Source: Candidatus Aenigmatarchaeota archaeon (GTDB taxonomy: Archaea > Aenigmatarchaeota > Aenigmatarchaeia > GW2011-AR5). Taken from it: a stretch of 64,000 nucleotides of DNA. Under the pieces are notes generated by a model that did not search any database, had not been told where the DNA came from, and worked only from the letters and a program-made list of their open reading frames with translations. The position numbers were made by a program, and so were the translations under genes. The stretch is from positions 37,160 through 101,159 of the forward strand of contig JACQID010000004.1 of NCBI GenBank assembly GCA_016198685.1, written 5' to 3'. This document shows positions 19,357-29,234 of this stretch, piece after piece; positions within the stretch are counted from its first letter, which is position 1; each line of letters starts with the position of its first letter.

Positions 19357-20178
19357 ATGTCGCTGCGCGACCTTTTGATAAAGAAATTGGGAAAAAGCGA
19401 AGTTGCGTTGGTGCCTTCTTCTTTTGACGTTATCGGCAACCGTGATAAGGCAGTTGCTATAATAGAGATTCCTGAAGAATTGCGGAAAAAGAAAAAGATC
19501 ATAGCAGAAGCTCTGATGGAACAGCATCCTAATGTGAAAACAGTTCTTGAGAAGGCGTCCCCAAGAAAGGGGGTCTATCGCACCCGCACGCTAAAAATCA
19601 TCGCGGGCTCGCGCAAGACTGAAGTCATGCATATTGAGAATGGGTGCCGTTTCTTTGTAGATCCTCGCAAGGCATATTTCTCCCAGAGAGAAGCAACTGA
19701 ACGGGCGCGGGTTGCAAGTGAAATCCATGAAGGCGATGCAATAATGGTATTTTTTGCCGGCGTAGGTGCTCTGCCTATCTTAATGGCAAAAAAGGCGCGG
19801 CTAGCGCGTTGCGTCGGAATAGAGATAAATCCAGATGCCGTGGAATCTTTCAGGAAAAATATGATCCTGAATAAGACTGCCAATATTGAAGCCGTGTTAG
19901 GGGACGTCAGGGAGAAGCACATGGCATATAAGGATAGTTTTGACAGGGTTCTTATGCCGCTTCCGGAAACAAGCGAAGAGTTCCTGGCCGAGGCATTGTC
20001 TGTTCTGAAGCGGGGCGGCATTGCAAGCGTTTATTTTTTCGCAGCCGAAACAGAATTAAAGGAGCGGGAGAAAGATATTGCAGGCAAGCTCAACGGGACA
20101 GTATTCAAAACAGTCCGGGTCTTGCCATATGGGCCGAGGATATGGAAATACCGGACTGATGTGGTAGTGAAAAAATGA
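19357..20178 (+). CDS. Met-10+ family tRNA methyltransferase (Trm5/Taw2 paralog)
   Basis: Class I MTase core ...VFFAGVGALPI..., C-terminal Met-10+ region. Paralog of 27008-27805. Confidence 0.6.
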   Translation: MSLRDLLIKKLGKSEVALVPSSFDVIGNRDKAVAIIEIPEELRKKKKIIAEALMEQHPNVKTVLEKASPRKGVYRTRTLKIIAGSRKTEVMHIENGCRFFVDPRKAYFSQREATERARVASEIHEGDAIMVFFAGVGALPILMAKKARLARCVGIEINPDAVESFRKNMILNKTANIEAVLGDVREKHMAYKDSFDRVLMPLPETSEEFLAEALSVLKRGGIASVYFFAAETELKEREKDIAGKLNGTVFKTVRVLPYGPRIWKYRTDVVVKK

Positions 20179-20762
20179 AATTCTATCTTGTCACGGGCAT
20201 TGTAGCGGGGTTTCTTGCTATATATGCGCTTTCCATCGTTACCGGCAATGCAGTTGCGGAAGCTCAAACGCATTCTTTGCCCCGAATACCAGAACCTGTA
20301 ATCGAAGAAAGATTTTATCATGCGCATGCCGATTTCAAGGTTTTCATTGACGGCAATGAAATGGATTTTGCAAGAAAGAAATATGACTACAAGGACCATA
20401 ATATCCACCTGCACATCAACAATCCCTATGGCGGCTATGTCATGCATCTTGAAGGTGGCGGCGCTGAGCTTGCAAATTTCTTTGCGTCGCTGGGGATGAT
20501 ATTCAATTCAACATGTTTTGCGACCGAAACGGAAAGCTACTGCAATACTGGATTCTCCAAGTTGCGGATGCTCGTGAACGGCAAGGAGAACCAGGATTAC
20601 GGCAGTTACATACCCCAGGATCTTGACAGAATTCTGGTAACTTACGGTAACCAGACTGAAGAGGAAATAAGCTCTCAGAAAAACTCGATAACTTCTGTTT
20701 CCTGCGCCTTTTCGGGCGTTTGCGCGATACCTGAGGAACTTGTAGGGGTGGAGCTTCTTTAG
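20175..20762 (+). CDS. hypothetical membrane-anchored/secreted protein
   Basis: N-terminal TM helix, several Cys. Overlaps the previous gene by 4 nt. Confidence 0.35.
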   Translation: MKFYLVTGIVAGFLAIYALSIVTGNAVAEAQTHSLPRIPEPVIEERFYHAHADFKVFIDGNEMDFARKKYDYKDHNIHLHINNPYGGYVMHLEGGGAELANFFASLGMIFNSTCFATETESYCNTGFSKLRMLVNGKENQDYGSYIPQDLDRILVTYGNQTEEEISSQKNSITSVSCAFSGVCAIPEELVGVELL

Positions 20763-20818
20763 ATATTTTTAAATATTTGCAGGCCGAAGGTATGAGAAAG
20801 TATGAAAGAGGTGTTTAA

Positions 20819-21703
20819 ATGGAACTTTTGATTTTGGCGTTCGACCACAGAGGCTCATTCCTCGAAAAGATGTTCGGTATAAAGGCAAGGGAGCCGACTC
20901 AGGAGGAGACAGAAACAATCTGTGATTACAAGAGGATGATTTACGAAGGCTTTGTTGAGTCCGTGAGAGACAAAAAAGAGGGCAGAGGCATACTAGTCGA
21001 TGAGCAGTTCGGGTCGGGGATACTTGAGGATGCCAAGAAAAACGGCATAATATTTGCCATGCCTTGCGAAAAATCCGGTCAGGACGAGTTCGATTTTGAC
21101 TATGGCTCAGCTTTCCCGGTGCATATACAGAAATTCAATCCGGACTATGTGAAAGTGCTTGTCAGATTCAATCCGGAAGGAAACGACGAGATAAATTTCA
21201 GGCAGATGGAGAAATTAAAGAAGCTGGATAATTACCTCAAACTTTCCGGAAGAAAATTACTTTTTGAGCTGCTTGTCCCTGCAACAGAAAGGCAGCTTGC
21301 AGGCGGCAAAGAAAAATATGATGCAGAAATAAGACCAAAGCTCATGGTAAGGGCCATGAAGATGATACAAGATTATGCAATCGAACCTGATATATGGAAA
21401 CTTGAAGGTGTTGACAAGGCTGAAGATTCTCAAGCTCTTGTGACCCAGGCTCAAGCGAGCGGCAGGAATGCGGGCGTTGTGACGCTCGGCCGCGGCGAAA
21501 GCAAGGAGAAAGTAGCAGAGTGGCTGAAGGTTGGTGCCAAGATTCCCGGCATAATCGGGTTTGCTGTCGGCCGGACGATATTCTGGGAACCGCTTGAAGG
21601 GTACAAAAATAATAAATTCTCACGAGACGATGCTGTGCGTATGATAGCTGACAATTATTCCGGATTTGTGAAACTTTGGCAGGATGAAAAGAATGGACAA
21701 TGA
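20819..21703 (+). CDS. class I aldolase of the LacD/DUF2090 family (putative fructose/tagatose-1,6-bisphosphate aldolase)
   Basis: AFDHRGSF near the N-terminus resembles the LacD AIDQRGSL motif; TIM-barrel size; first gene of the glpX-pgk-gap-tpi operon. Confidence 0.55.
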   Translation: MELLILAFDHRGSFLEKMFGIKAREPTQEETETICDYKRMIYEGFVESVRDKKEGRGILVDEQFGSGILEDAKKNGIIFAMPCEKSGQDEFDFDYGSAFPVHIQKFNPDYVKVLVRFNPEGNDEINFRQMEKLKKLDNYLKLSGRKLLFELLVPATERQLAGGKEKYDAEIRPKLMVRAMKMIQDYAIEPDIWKLEGVDKAEDSQALVTQAQASGRNAGVVTLGRGESKEKVAEWLKVGAKIPGIIGFAVGRTIFWEPLEGYKNNKFSRDDAVRMIADNYSGFVKLWQDEKNGQ

Positions 21704-22631
21704 AATACTGCATGGTCTTCTGAATGCAACTCAAAGGGCCGCCATAGCTTCGTATGACTGGATAGGCAGGGGTGACTCGAAGGCAGCGGACGCTGCGGCA
21801 GTCAAGGCGATGCGTGAGGCCATGAACGCCATGGATTTTGACGGAAGAATAGTCATAGGCGAGGGTGAGCGGGACGAAGCGCCCATGCTCTATATAGGCG
21901 AGAAACTCGGCAAGGGCGGAAATCCTGTGGATATTGCAGTAGACCCGCTCGAAGGGACGGATATAACAGCGCGCGGCGATTATGGATCTTTATCAGTTCT
22001 GGCGGTCGCATCGCGCGGCATGCTGCTGGAGGCGCCTGATACTTACATGGAGAAAATAGTTGCCGGCCCTTCTGTCGGCAAGAACGTTTCATTATCAATG
22101 AGCGTTGAAGAAAACGTGAAAGCTGCGGCTCATGCACTGCAAAAACCCGTAAGCGACCTTCGAGTTACGGTTCTTGACAGGGAACGGCACAAGGAATTGA
22201 TAGCATCATTAAGGAAAACCGGATGCCGTGTCATATTGATAAGAGACGGGGATGTGCATGGCGCAATCGGGACTTGCATGGGAACATCCGATTTACTGAT
22301 CGGGACAGGCGGAGCCCCGGAAGGGGTGCTTGCCGCATCGGCAATCAAATCGATGGGAGGATACATGGAAGGAAGGCTGGTATTCCGCAATGACGACGAA
22401 ATCAAGCGTGCAAGAAAGCACGGAACATCGGAGGCAATAATCAACGGCAAGATAATGCCCATGGACGAGATGATAAGAGACAACAGGTCGGTATTTATTG
22501 CATCCGGCGTGACCGAGGGCACTTTCCTTAAGGGAGTGAAGAAGCACGGCAGTGCCGCAGAAGTCCATTCCGTCATAATAAGAGGTGGAAGCACGATGTT
22601 CGTGAAAAATTCTTTGAGGGATGCTATATGA
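21684..22631 (+). CDS. glpX: fructose-1,6-bisphosphatase class II (GlpX)
   Basis: GlpX N-terminal ATQRAAIAS...GRGDSKAADAAAV..., DPLEGT motif. Confidence 0.8.
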   Translation: MKRMDNEILHGLLNATQRAAIASYDWIGRGDSKAADAAAVKAMREAMNAMDFDGRIVIGEGERDEAPMLYIGEKLGKGGNPVDIAVDPLEGTDITARGDYGSLSVLAVASRGMLLEAPDTYMEKIVAGPSVGKNVSLSMSVEENVKAAAHALQKPVSDLRVTVLDRERHKELIASLRKTGCRVILIRDGDVHGAIGTCMGTSDLLIGTGGAPEGVLAASAIKSMGGYMEGRLVFRNDDEIKRARKHGTSEAIINGKIMPMDEMIRDNRSVFIASGVTEGTFLKGVKKHGSAAEVHSVIIRGGSTMFVKNSLRDAI

Positions 22632-23956
22632 ATGAGCTGATGTGCGTAGATGATCTGAAAGAGCATCAGGTCAAAGGAAAGAATGCGCTTGTCCGCGTTT
22701 CATTTGACGCATTTGACAAGGAAGGCAACATACAGGACAGCCTGCGAATAGAGGCATCGGAAGGCACTATCAGGACCCTGAAGAAGCTGGGCGCCAAAAG
22801 AATCATACTGATGTGCTATGCAGGAAGGCCCGAAGGCTATGACGCATCGCTTTCCATGAGGCCTGCGGCCAACTTTCTTTACGGATTATTCAGGGAACGG
22901 ATGCATTTCCTTCCTTCGGCCGGCAAGGACGGAAAACTCATGGCATACAAGGATTATATTCAGCATGTGAAACAATATATGGAGAAGGACATGGAAGACG
23001 GTGAAGCGGTGCTTCTTGAGAATCTTCGTTTCTGGCCCGAAGAGAACAAGGGCGATGAGGAATTCGCAAAATATATCGCTTCGCTCGGCGAGATTTATGT
23101 CCAGGACGGCTTTGCCCAGGCACACAGGCTTGGGAACGCTACTGTAGGAGCGATAACGAAATATGTAAAGACAAGAGTCATGGGCGTACAGTTCAAGAAG
23201 GAAGTCACTTACCTCAAGGCAGTTTCTGAAAATCTGCTCAAGGAGGGGAGGAAGCCTTTCATTTTTATAATAGCAGGCAAAAAGGTTGAAACCAAGCCTG
23301 GAATAGTCTCCAAGATAACGGTTGCAAGCAAACTCATGGATAACATGAAGCGTGGCGATAAAATAATGATAGGTGGGGCAATAGCATATCCTTTCATAAT
23401 CGCCAAGGAGTTTACAGGCAAAGCGCCGTCTATAAGGGACATGCGTAACGCGATAGGAGAATCCTTCATAGAGGAGAATCAGGTATATGATCACATGAAA
23501 ATGGCCGAGGAGATATTCTCTAAAGCCAGCAAGAATGGCATAGAAGTCATGCTTCCTGTGGATCATGTTGTCAAATGCAGAGATGGTATAAAGACCGTTG
23601 CGCATATAGAGCAAGGCATGATGGCAGCGGACATAGGCGAAAAGACCGTAAATGAATGGAAAAATAATCTTTCCGATGCAGGTACTATAATCCTGTCCGG
23701 CCCTGTGGGATGGTACGAAAATCCTCTATTTTCATCGGGCAGCCTCGAAATAACCAAGGCGATGGCCAAGGCAACTTCAGGCGGCACGGTGACGGTTGCC
23801 GCAGGCGGCGACACGTCTTCCATGGTAAGGAAGTTCGGCTACGAGAGGAATTTCTCGCTGCTTTCCATAGGTGGCGGGGCAACTCTTGAGTTCCTCATGC
23901 ACGGAAAGCTTCCAGTAATGGATGTTCTTGATACAAAAGAAATGATCAAAGTCTGA
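22628..23956 (+). CDS. pgk: phosphoglycerate kinase
   Basis: Length and motifs consistent with PGK; overlaps glpX by 4 nt. Confidence 0.85.
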   Translation: MNELMCVDDLKEHQVKGKNALVRVSFDAFDKEGNIQDSLRIEASEGTIRTLKKLGAKRIILMCYAGRPEGYDASLSMRPAANFLYGLFRERMHFLPSAGKDGKLMAYKDYIQHVKQYMEKDMEDGEAVLLENLRFWPEENKGDEEFAKYIASLGEIYVQDGFAQAHRLGNATVGAITKYVKTRVMGVQFKKEVTYLKAVSENLLKEGRKPFIFIIAGKKVETKPGIVSKITVASKLMDNMKRGDKIMIGGAIAYPFIIAKEFTGKAPSIRDMRNAIGESFIEENQVYDHMKMAEEIFSKASKNGIEVMLPVDHVVKCRDGIKTVAHIEQGMMAADIGEKTVNEWKNNLSDAGTIILSGPVGWYENPLFSSGSLEITKAMAKATSGGTVTVAAGGDTSSMVRKFGYERNFSLLSIGGGATLEFLMHGKLPVMDVLDTKEMIKV

Positions 23957-23957
23957 G

Positions 23958-24977
23958 GTGGAGAAAATGAAAGTGTGCGTTAATGGTTACGGAACCATAG
24001 GAAAGAGAGTGGCTGATGCCGTAGCAATGCATCCGAAACTCGAGTTGGTCGGAATTTCAAAATACACCCCTGATAATCACGCCAAGATGGCCGAAAGACT
24101 CGGCTACGGCATTTACGTTCCTGCGGAAAAGAAAGCGGATTTCGAGAAAAAAGGAATCAACATTAGAGGCACAGTTGAAGAAATGATAAAGGCTTCTGAC
24201 ATAGTTGTGGACGCTTCTGCAGACGGAAAGGGAGGAGAAAACAGGAAGCTTTATGAAAAGCTCGGCAAGCCTGCCATATTTCAGGGAGGCGAAGATGACT
24301 CTGTAGGTAGGAGTTTCAATGCACGCAGCAACTTTGATTCTGTGAAGGGCGAAAAATTCATACGCGTAGTGAGCTGCAACACGACAAGCTTCTGCCGTAT
24401 TCTGAAGCCGCTGCAGGAAAAATTCAAAATCAAGCGCGTGAACGGATTTCTCATCAGGCGAGGGGCTGACCCTGACGATGTCAAAGGTTCTCAGATTAAT
24501 TCCATAGATTGGAAGGCCAACAGCCACCATTCTCATGACGTGAACACGATAATCGATGTGCCTATGACAAGCCTTGCTTTCAAGGCTCCCCATACGCTGG
24601 CCCACGTCAATTCGCTCTATATTCATTTCGACGGCGAGCCGTCTAAAGAGGAAATAATCAATGTCCTGAAGGCCGAGAACAGGGTAATCGTAGCGAAGGC
24701 TGATTCCACATCGCAGATCATCGAGGTCGCAAGGGATCTTGGACTTAAGAGATACGACCTTTACATGCCTGTCATGATATCCAACAGCGTGATGGCAGAA
24801 GGCAATACGGTTTTCTTTAGCATAGTAGTGCCCCAAGAATCCGTAGTCGTAGCCGAGAACATTGATGCCATCGTGGCGCAGGGAGGCCTGATGGCCAAGG
24901 AAGAATCGATGCGCGTCACGGAAAAGATACTCGGTATGGACAGGATAAAGAAGGACGTTGAAACGGTGCTCGGTTAA
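23958..24977 (+). CDS. gap: glyceraldehyde-3-phosphate dehydrogenase, archaeal type II
   Basis: MKVCVNGYGTIGKRVADAV N-terminus, SCNTT catalytic Cys motif. Confidence 0.85.
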   Translation: MEKMKVCVNGYGTIGKRVADAVAMHPKLELVGISKYTPDNHAKMAERLGYGIYVPAEKKADFEKKGINIRGTVEEMIKASDIVVDASADGKGGENRKLYEKLGKPAIFQGGEDDSVGRSFNARSNFDSVKGEKFIRVVSCNTTSFCRILKPLQEKFKIKRVNGFLIRRGADPDDVKGSQINSIDWKANSHHSHDVNTIIDVPMTSLAFKAPHTLAHVNSLYIHFDGEPSKEEIINVLKAENRVIVAKADSTSQIIEVARDLGLKRYDLYMPVMISNSVMAEGNTVFFSIVVPQESVVVAENIDAIVAQGGLMAKEESMRVTEKILGMDRIKKDVETVLG

Positions 24978-24978
24978 G

Positions 24979-25644
24979 ATGAACAAGATAATTGCAGCTA
25001 ACTGGAAGATGAATAAGTCATCGAAGGAGGCGGAGGATTTTCTCAGGCGTATTGAAATTTCGGATAAGAACACTGTAATAATATTTCCGTCATTCACTGC
25101 GCTTCCTGCCGTCAGTTCCATCATTGGCCGTCATCATTCCGGCGCCCAGAATGTTTTCTATGAGGAGAAGGGCGCATATACAGGCGAGATATCGCCTGTA
25201 ATGGTCAAGGAATTCGCGGACTATGCACTTATCGGACACTCAGAAAGGCGGGCGCTCTGGGAGACTGATGAAATAATCAACAAGAAAGTCAAAGCCGCCC
25301 AAAACGCGGGATTGAAAATTTTATTGTGCGTTGGCGAAGCCAAGGGCCAGGATCGAAACAGGACCCTTGAAACCCAGCTTAGAAAAGGTCTCATGGGAGC
25401 CAATGAAAAAAATATTGTCATAGCCTACGAGCCTGTATGGGCCATAGGTACTGGTCTCACCGCGAAAACGGCAGAAATTGCAGAAGCGGTTTCCTTCATA
25501 AAAACCCTGCATAAATGCAGCGTTATTTACGGAGGAAGCGTGAATGCGTCGAACGCAAAAGACATGCTTTCTGTCTGTGATGGTCTTCTCGTAGGCGGCG
25601 CGTCTTTAGACGCAGAAGGTTTCCGCAACATTATACAACTGTGA
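24979..25644 (+). CDS. tpiA: triosephosphate isomerase
   Basis: IAANWKMN and GHSERR motifs. Start set at MNKIIAANWK. Confidence 0.8.
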   Translation: MNKIIAANWKMNKSSKEAEDFLRRIEISDKNTVIIFPSFTALPAVSSIIGRHHSGAQNVFYEEKGAYTGEISPVMVKEFADYALIGHSERRALWETDEIINKKVKAAQNAGLKILLCVGEAKGQDRNRTLETQLRKGLMGANEKNIVIAYEPVWAIGTGLTAKTAEIAEAVSFIKTLHKCSVIYGGSVNASNAKDMLSVCDGLLVGGASLDAEGFRNIIQL

Positions 25645-26572
25645 CGCGATAGTTTTTGCCCTTGCCGATCGCCTGTGGCATAGTCAGCAAGCCGTTCTGG
25701 GCGCCTATCTTGCGTACAGTACTTTGCGCGTTTGCCGTTGCTATCTTCAGGGCCTGCTCAATACTTTTGTTTCTTATCAGGGATGCGACAAACCCAGAGA
25801 AGAAAGCGTCTCCTGCTCCGGTTCTTTCTGTCGTTCTTGTGTGCTTAGGCTGTATTTTGTACAGCTTGCCATCATAGCAATACGACGGCTTTGCTCCATC
25901 TGTCATGCAGACTATCTTAGGACCCAGTCCATGGATTTTCTTTATGATCCTTTCCCTATCGTTCTTTATGCCGGAAAGCGCCTCGGCTTCTTCTTTGTTC
26001 AGGGAAAGGATATGGCAATTCTTTACTATTTCTAAGATTCCTTTGCTTATCATATAGAGACTTGGATTATACGCTATCTTTATTCCTTTTTTTTCTGCGG
26101 CACCCGCCAGCTTCTTTTGCGTTTTTAAGGATTCGCCAAGCATGGAAGAAAAACACAGCCACCTTGCTTTCATAGCGGGATTTGAATTGCGGACTGAAAG
26201 GCTGTCATTCATGCCCCTGCTTCCGATTATCGAGCGGTCAATTCCGTCGCCGTCAAGAATTATGGAATAGCCGCAGGCTCCATGTTTCACGGCACCCGCA
26301 AACTTCACTTTGTGGTCCAGAAGCGAATGCCATATTATATTTTTGCCGTAATCATCGCCAAGAATCCCGAGAAACGAGGTTTTGATTCCCATCTTGGAAA
26401 GGCCTGCGGCAACATTCGCGCCGCCTCCGCCTGCATGAAACTCAATTTTTTCAGCAAGCATCTTGCCGCCTGCAGGATACGCAAGATAATTACGAGATCC
26501 GTTTTTTATTTTTTTGGCGTTCGCGTAGATGAACATGTCTACAAACGCAGAGCCTACGGCAACGGCTTCCAT
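25631..26572 (-). CDS. PfkB-family carbohydrate/nucleoside kinase
   Basis: GGGGANVA and TGAGDAF motifs. Convergent with tpiA. Confidence 0.65.
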   Translation of the reverse strand: MEAVAVGSAFVDMFIYANAKKIKNGSRNYLAYPAGGKMLAEKIEFHAGGGGANVAAGLSKMGIKTSFLGILGDDYGKNIIWHSLLDHKVKFAGAVKHGACGYSIILDGDGIDRSIIGSRGMNDSLSVRNSNPAMKARWLCFSSMLGESLKTQKKLAGAAEKKGIKIAYNPSLYMISKGILEIVKNCHILSLNKEEAEALSGIKNDRERIIKKIHGLGPKIVCMTDGAKPSYCYDGKLYKIQPKHTRTTERTGAGDAFFSGFVASLIRNKSIEQALKIATANAQSTVRKIGAQNGLLTMPQAIGKGKNYRVTVV

Positions 26573-26604
26573 GCAAAGAATATGCCGGGCGGAGTTAATA
26601 AACT

Positions 26605-26985
26605 CTACTTCTCAAGCGGGCATCCGGTGAGCGCGCCCAATTCTGCTGAACTTAATCTTCCCTGTTTCCTTGTGCCGTCAGCAAATTCCCACGTCGGGTA
26701 TTTGTTCACGCCTGCATCGCTGCATATTCCAGGATTATTGATTTCCATGGCGCAGTCAGTGGCATTGATATTCTGCCAGCTCAGCCCGAATTCCTTCTGC
26801 TGTTCTGTGCACTCCTTGCACCAGTATGTTCCGTAGAATTTGACGCCTTTTTCCGTGAGACACTCGGAGAACGCGTCATAATCAATCTTGGTTGCATGGC
26901 CCGTGGGAGGCGTAATCATCGTTGTTAGAAGGAAAGTCGCGGCAACGACAAATCCGGCTATAATGCCGACTTGGAAGGGTTTCAT
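26605..26985 (-). CDS. membrane-anchored thioredoxin-fold protein (WCxxC)
   Basis: N-terminal TM helix and a YWCKEC redox motif. Confidence 0.4.
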   Translation of the reverse strand: MKPFQVGIIAGFVVAATFLLTTMITPPTGHATKIDYDAFSECLTEKGVKFYGTYWCKECTEQQKEFGLSWQNINATDCAMEINNPGICSDAGVNKYPTWEFADGTRKQGRLSSAELGALTGCPLEK

Positions 26986-27007
26986 GGCTATAGCTGTCCA
27001 AAGAAGG

Positions 27008-27805
27008 TTAAATTTCTTTCATTTTCAAATCCACGACATAATGAACCCTTCTCGGTGCAACGTCCTTGACTTTTTTCTTTGATATGACATGGAAATCTCC
27101 TATCTCATGATGTATTTTCCGGAGTTCATCCCCCCAAAGTTCGCTTTCATCGCATATATCATGATAGTGTATTATTGTGCCGCTCTTCGCCATCGTTAGG
27201 GCGATCTTAAGGAATTTCTCTGTTCCCGGAAAATATCCCATGATTATCCTGTCTGCTTTCTCAGGTATCAAGACTTCGCGGTTGTCTGCGTTGATTACTT
27301 GCACGTTGCCAAGCTTGTTCAGTTTTACGTTTTCTTCAAGATAGTGAAATGCGTCAGGATTTTTTTCGATGGCGATGACGCGCTTCGCTTTTTTTGCAAT
27401 GCCGATGGTAAAATACCCTATGCCGGCGAACATGTCTATGACGGTTTCTTCTGGCATAATCGAACTCAAAAGACGTTTTCTTTCGGTCAGATTACCCTTG
27501 GAAAACATGATTTTTGCAGCGTCAAGCTTGTAGATTATGCCGCTTTCCCTGTGCAGTGTTTCCGTGCCGTTGCCTGCAATCTTTGTGATTATCGGCTGCC
27601 TTAGTTCTCCTGTAACAGAAGAGATATCGCATACTGTTTTAACATACGGCAATATTTGCATTATTCCTTTGGCGGCATCTGCCTTTTCCTCTTCGCTGAG
27701 GCGCAACATCTTGGCAAGGAAGACGTGCCCCAGCACCTGATACGACGCCGGAAGCCGCTCTTTCGGTATTCCCGTCATCACCGACAGCTTTTCAACGAAG
27801 CGCAT
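27008..27805 (-). CDS. Met-10+ family tRNA methyltransferase (Taw2/Trm5 paralog)
   Basis: IDMFAGIGYFTI SAM motif, Met-10+ architecture. Next to taw1. Confidence 0.6.
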   Translation of the reverse strand: MRFVEKLSVMTGIPKERLPASYQVLGHVFLAKMLRLSEEEKADAAKGIMQILPYVKTVCDISSVTGELRQPIITKIAGNGTETLHRESGIIYKLDAAKIMFSKGNLTERKRLLSSIMPEETVIDMFAGIGYFTIGIAKKAKRVIAIEKNPDAFHYLEENVKLNKLGNVQVINADNREVLIPEKADRIIMGYFPGTEKFLKIALTMAKSGTIIHYHDICDESELWGDELRKIHHEIGDFHVISKKKVKDVAPRRVHYVVDLKMKEI

Positions 27806-27855
27806 AGCACTAAGAAAATCGCAGAAGATAAAAGCTTTCTTTGCGATGTGGAAGT

Positions 27856-29196
27856 ATGCCCGAAGACCTTACAGTCGTGATTGTTGATGGCGGAGGACGG
27901 GGGCATGCGATTTCTGAAGCGTGGGAAAGCCATCCGGAGGTCAAGCGAATAATCGTCACTCCGGGAAATGATGGAATTGCCTATAACCGGCAGAAGGAAG
28001 TCGTAATAGACAGGCGGGGAAACCTGAAGGATGCGGATTCTATATTGGAAGTTGCAAGAAGGCACATAGGCCTGCGGGAACGTCATCTGGTTGACGTGGC
28101 TCAGGATGACGCAATCGCCGCCGGCACTGTGAACAAACTCCGTGCCGCGGGTTACAATGCATTCGGTCCCACTGCAGAGCAAGCGTGGATAGAATCTCAC
28201 AAGGGACATTCCAGGGACTTCATGGAAAGGCACGGAATACCGCATCCGGATTATCGCATTTTTGATTCCGAGGACGGCGCCATCGCATACGTGAGAAGGG
28301 TATACGAAAAAAATCCGAAGAAGGCAATGTATGTTAAAGCATCTGGTCTCGCACAGGGCAAGGGCGTTTTGATGGCAGAATCTTTTGATCAGGCTATAGA
28401 CCGCATATATGCGATGAAATCTTTCGGCGCGTCTGGGCATAATTTTGTCATAGAAGACGCGCTTTTTGGCGAGGAATTTTCGGCATTCGCGCTTGTCAAC
28501 GGCCGCGATTACGTCCTTCTCGGCAATGCGCAGGACAATAAATTGTCGGAAGACGGTGATAAAGGCCAACAAACAGGAGGCATGGGAGGAAATTCGCCTG
28601 CAATGGTCACTATGGGAATAGAAGATGCTGTGGATAGGGAATTGTTCAGAAAAGCGATAGAAGGCATGTAGGGCGAAGGCTATTCATACGAAGGAATTTT
28701 ATACGTAGGCGGCATACGGGTAGGAGACGATCTGTGGAACATAGAATACAATGCAAGATGGGGCGATCCCGAGGCGCAACTTGTTCTGCCGTCCCTCCGT
28801 AACTATCCGCATATGGTTCTTGACAGCATGAATGGCAAGCTCAAAGGCGCTGCTGTATTGAAGGACGGGAAAGCGAGGGCCGGAGTCGTTGGCGTTTCCA
28901 AAGGCTATCCCGGAGATTACTCAGCCGTGAGAGGCAAGGAAATATACGGAATAAAGGAAGTGGCGGAAATGCCCAATATCAGATTCTATAGCGCCGGAAT
29001 ATCCATGCAGGACGGACGATTTTATGCCGACGGGGGAAGACTGTTCACGGTCGTCGGCGAAGGCAATGACATTCTGGAAGCCCGCGACAGGGCGTATGAT
29101 GCAATGAATTACATATCAATAGAAGGCGGCAATCTGCATTATCGCAGGGATATAGGAAGAAGGGACGTGGAGAGGTTTCTTGGCATATTGCGCTAA
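27856..29196 (+). CDS. purD: phosphoribosylamine--glycine ligase PurD, interrupted by one in-frame TAG at 28669-28671
   Basis: N-terminal VVIVDGGGRGHA. Homology continues uninterrupted in the same frame across the TAG (..AIEGM*GEGYSYEGILYVGG...NARWGDPE..) to the C-terminus at 29196. Confidence 0.7.
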
Positions 29197-29234
29197 TAAC
29201 CAGTTAAAAAGCTTTTTCTTTAGTTATAGAGTAT

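Noticed and set aside
28669-28671. TAG as a reassigned sense codon (genetic-code change or pyrrolysine)
   Set aside because: TAG is used as the terminal stop of the APC permease (13160-13162) and of spt4, and no pyl genes are present. An isolated nonsense mutation or an error is more likely.
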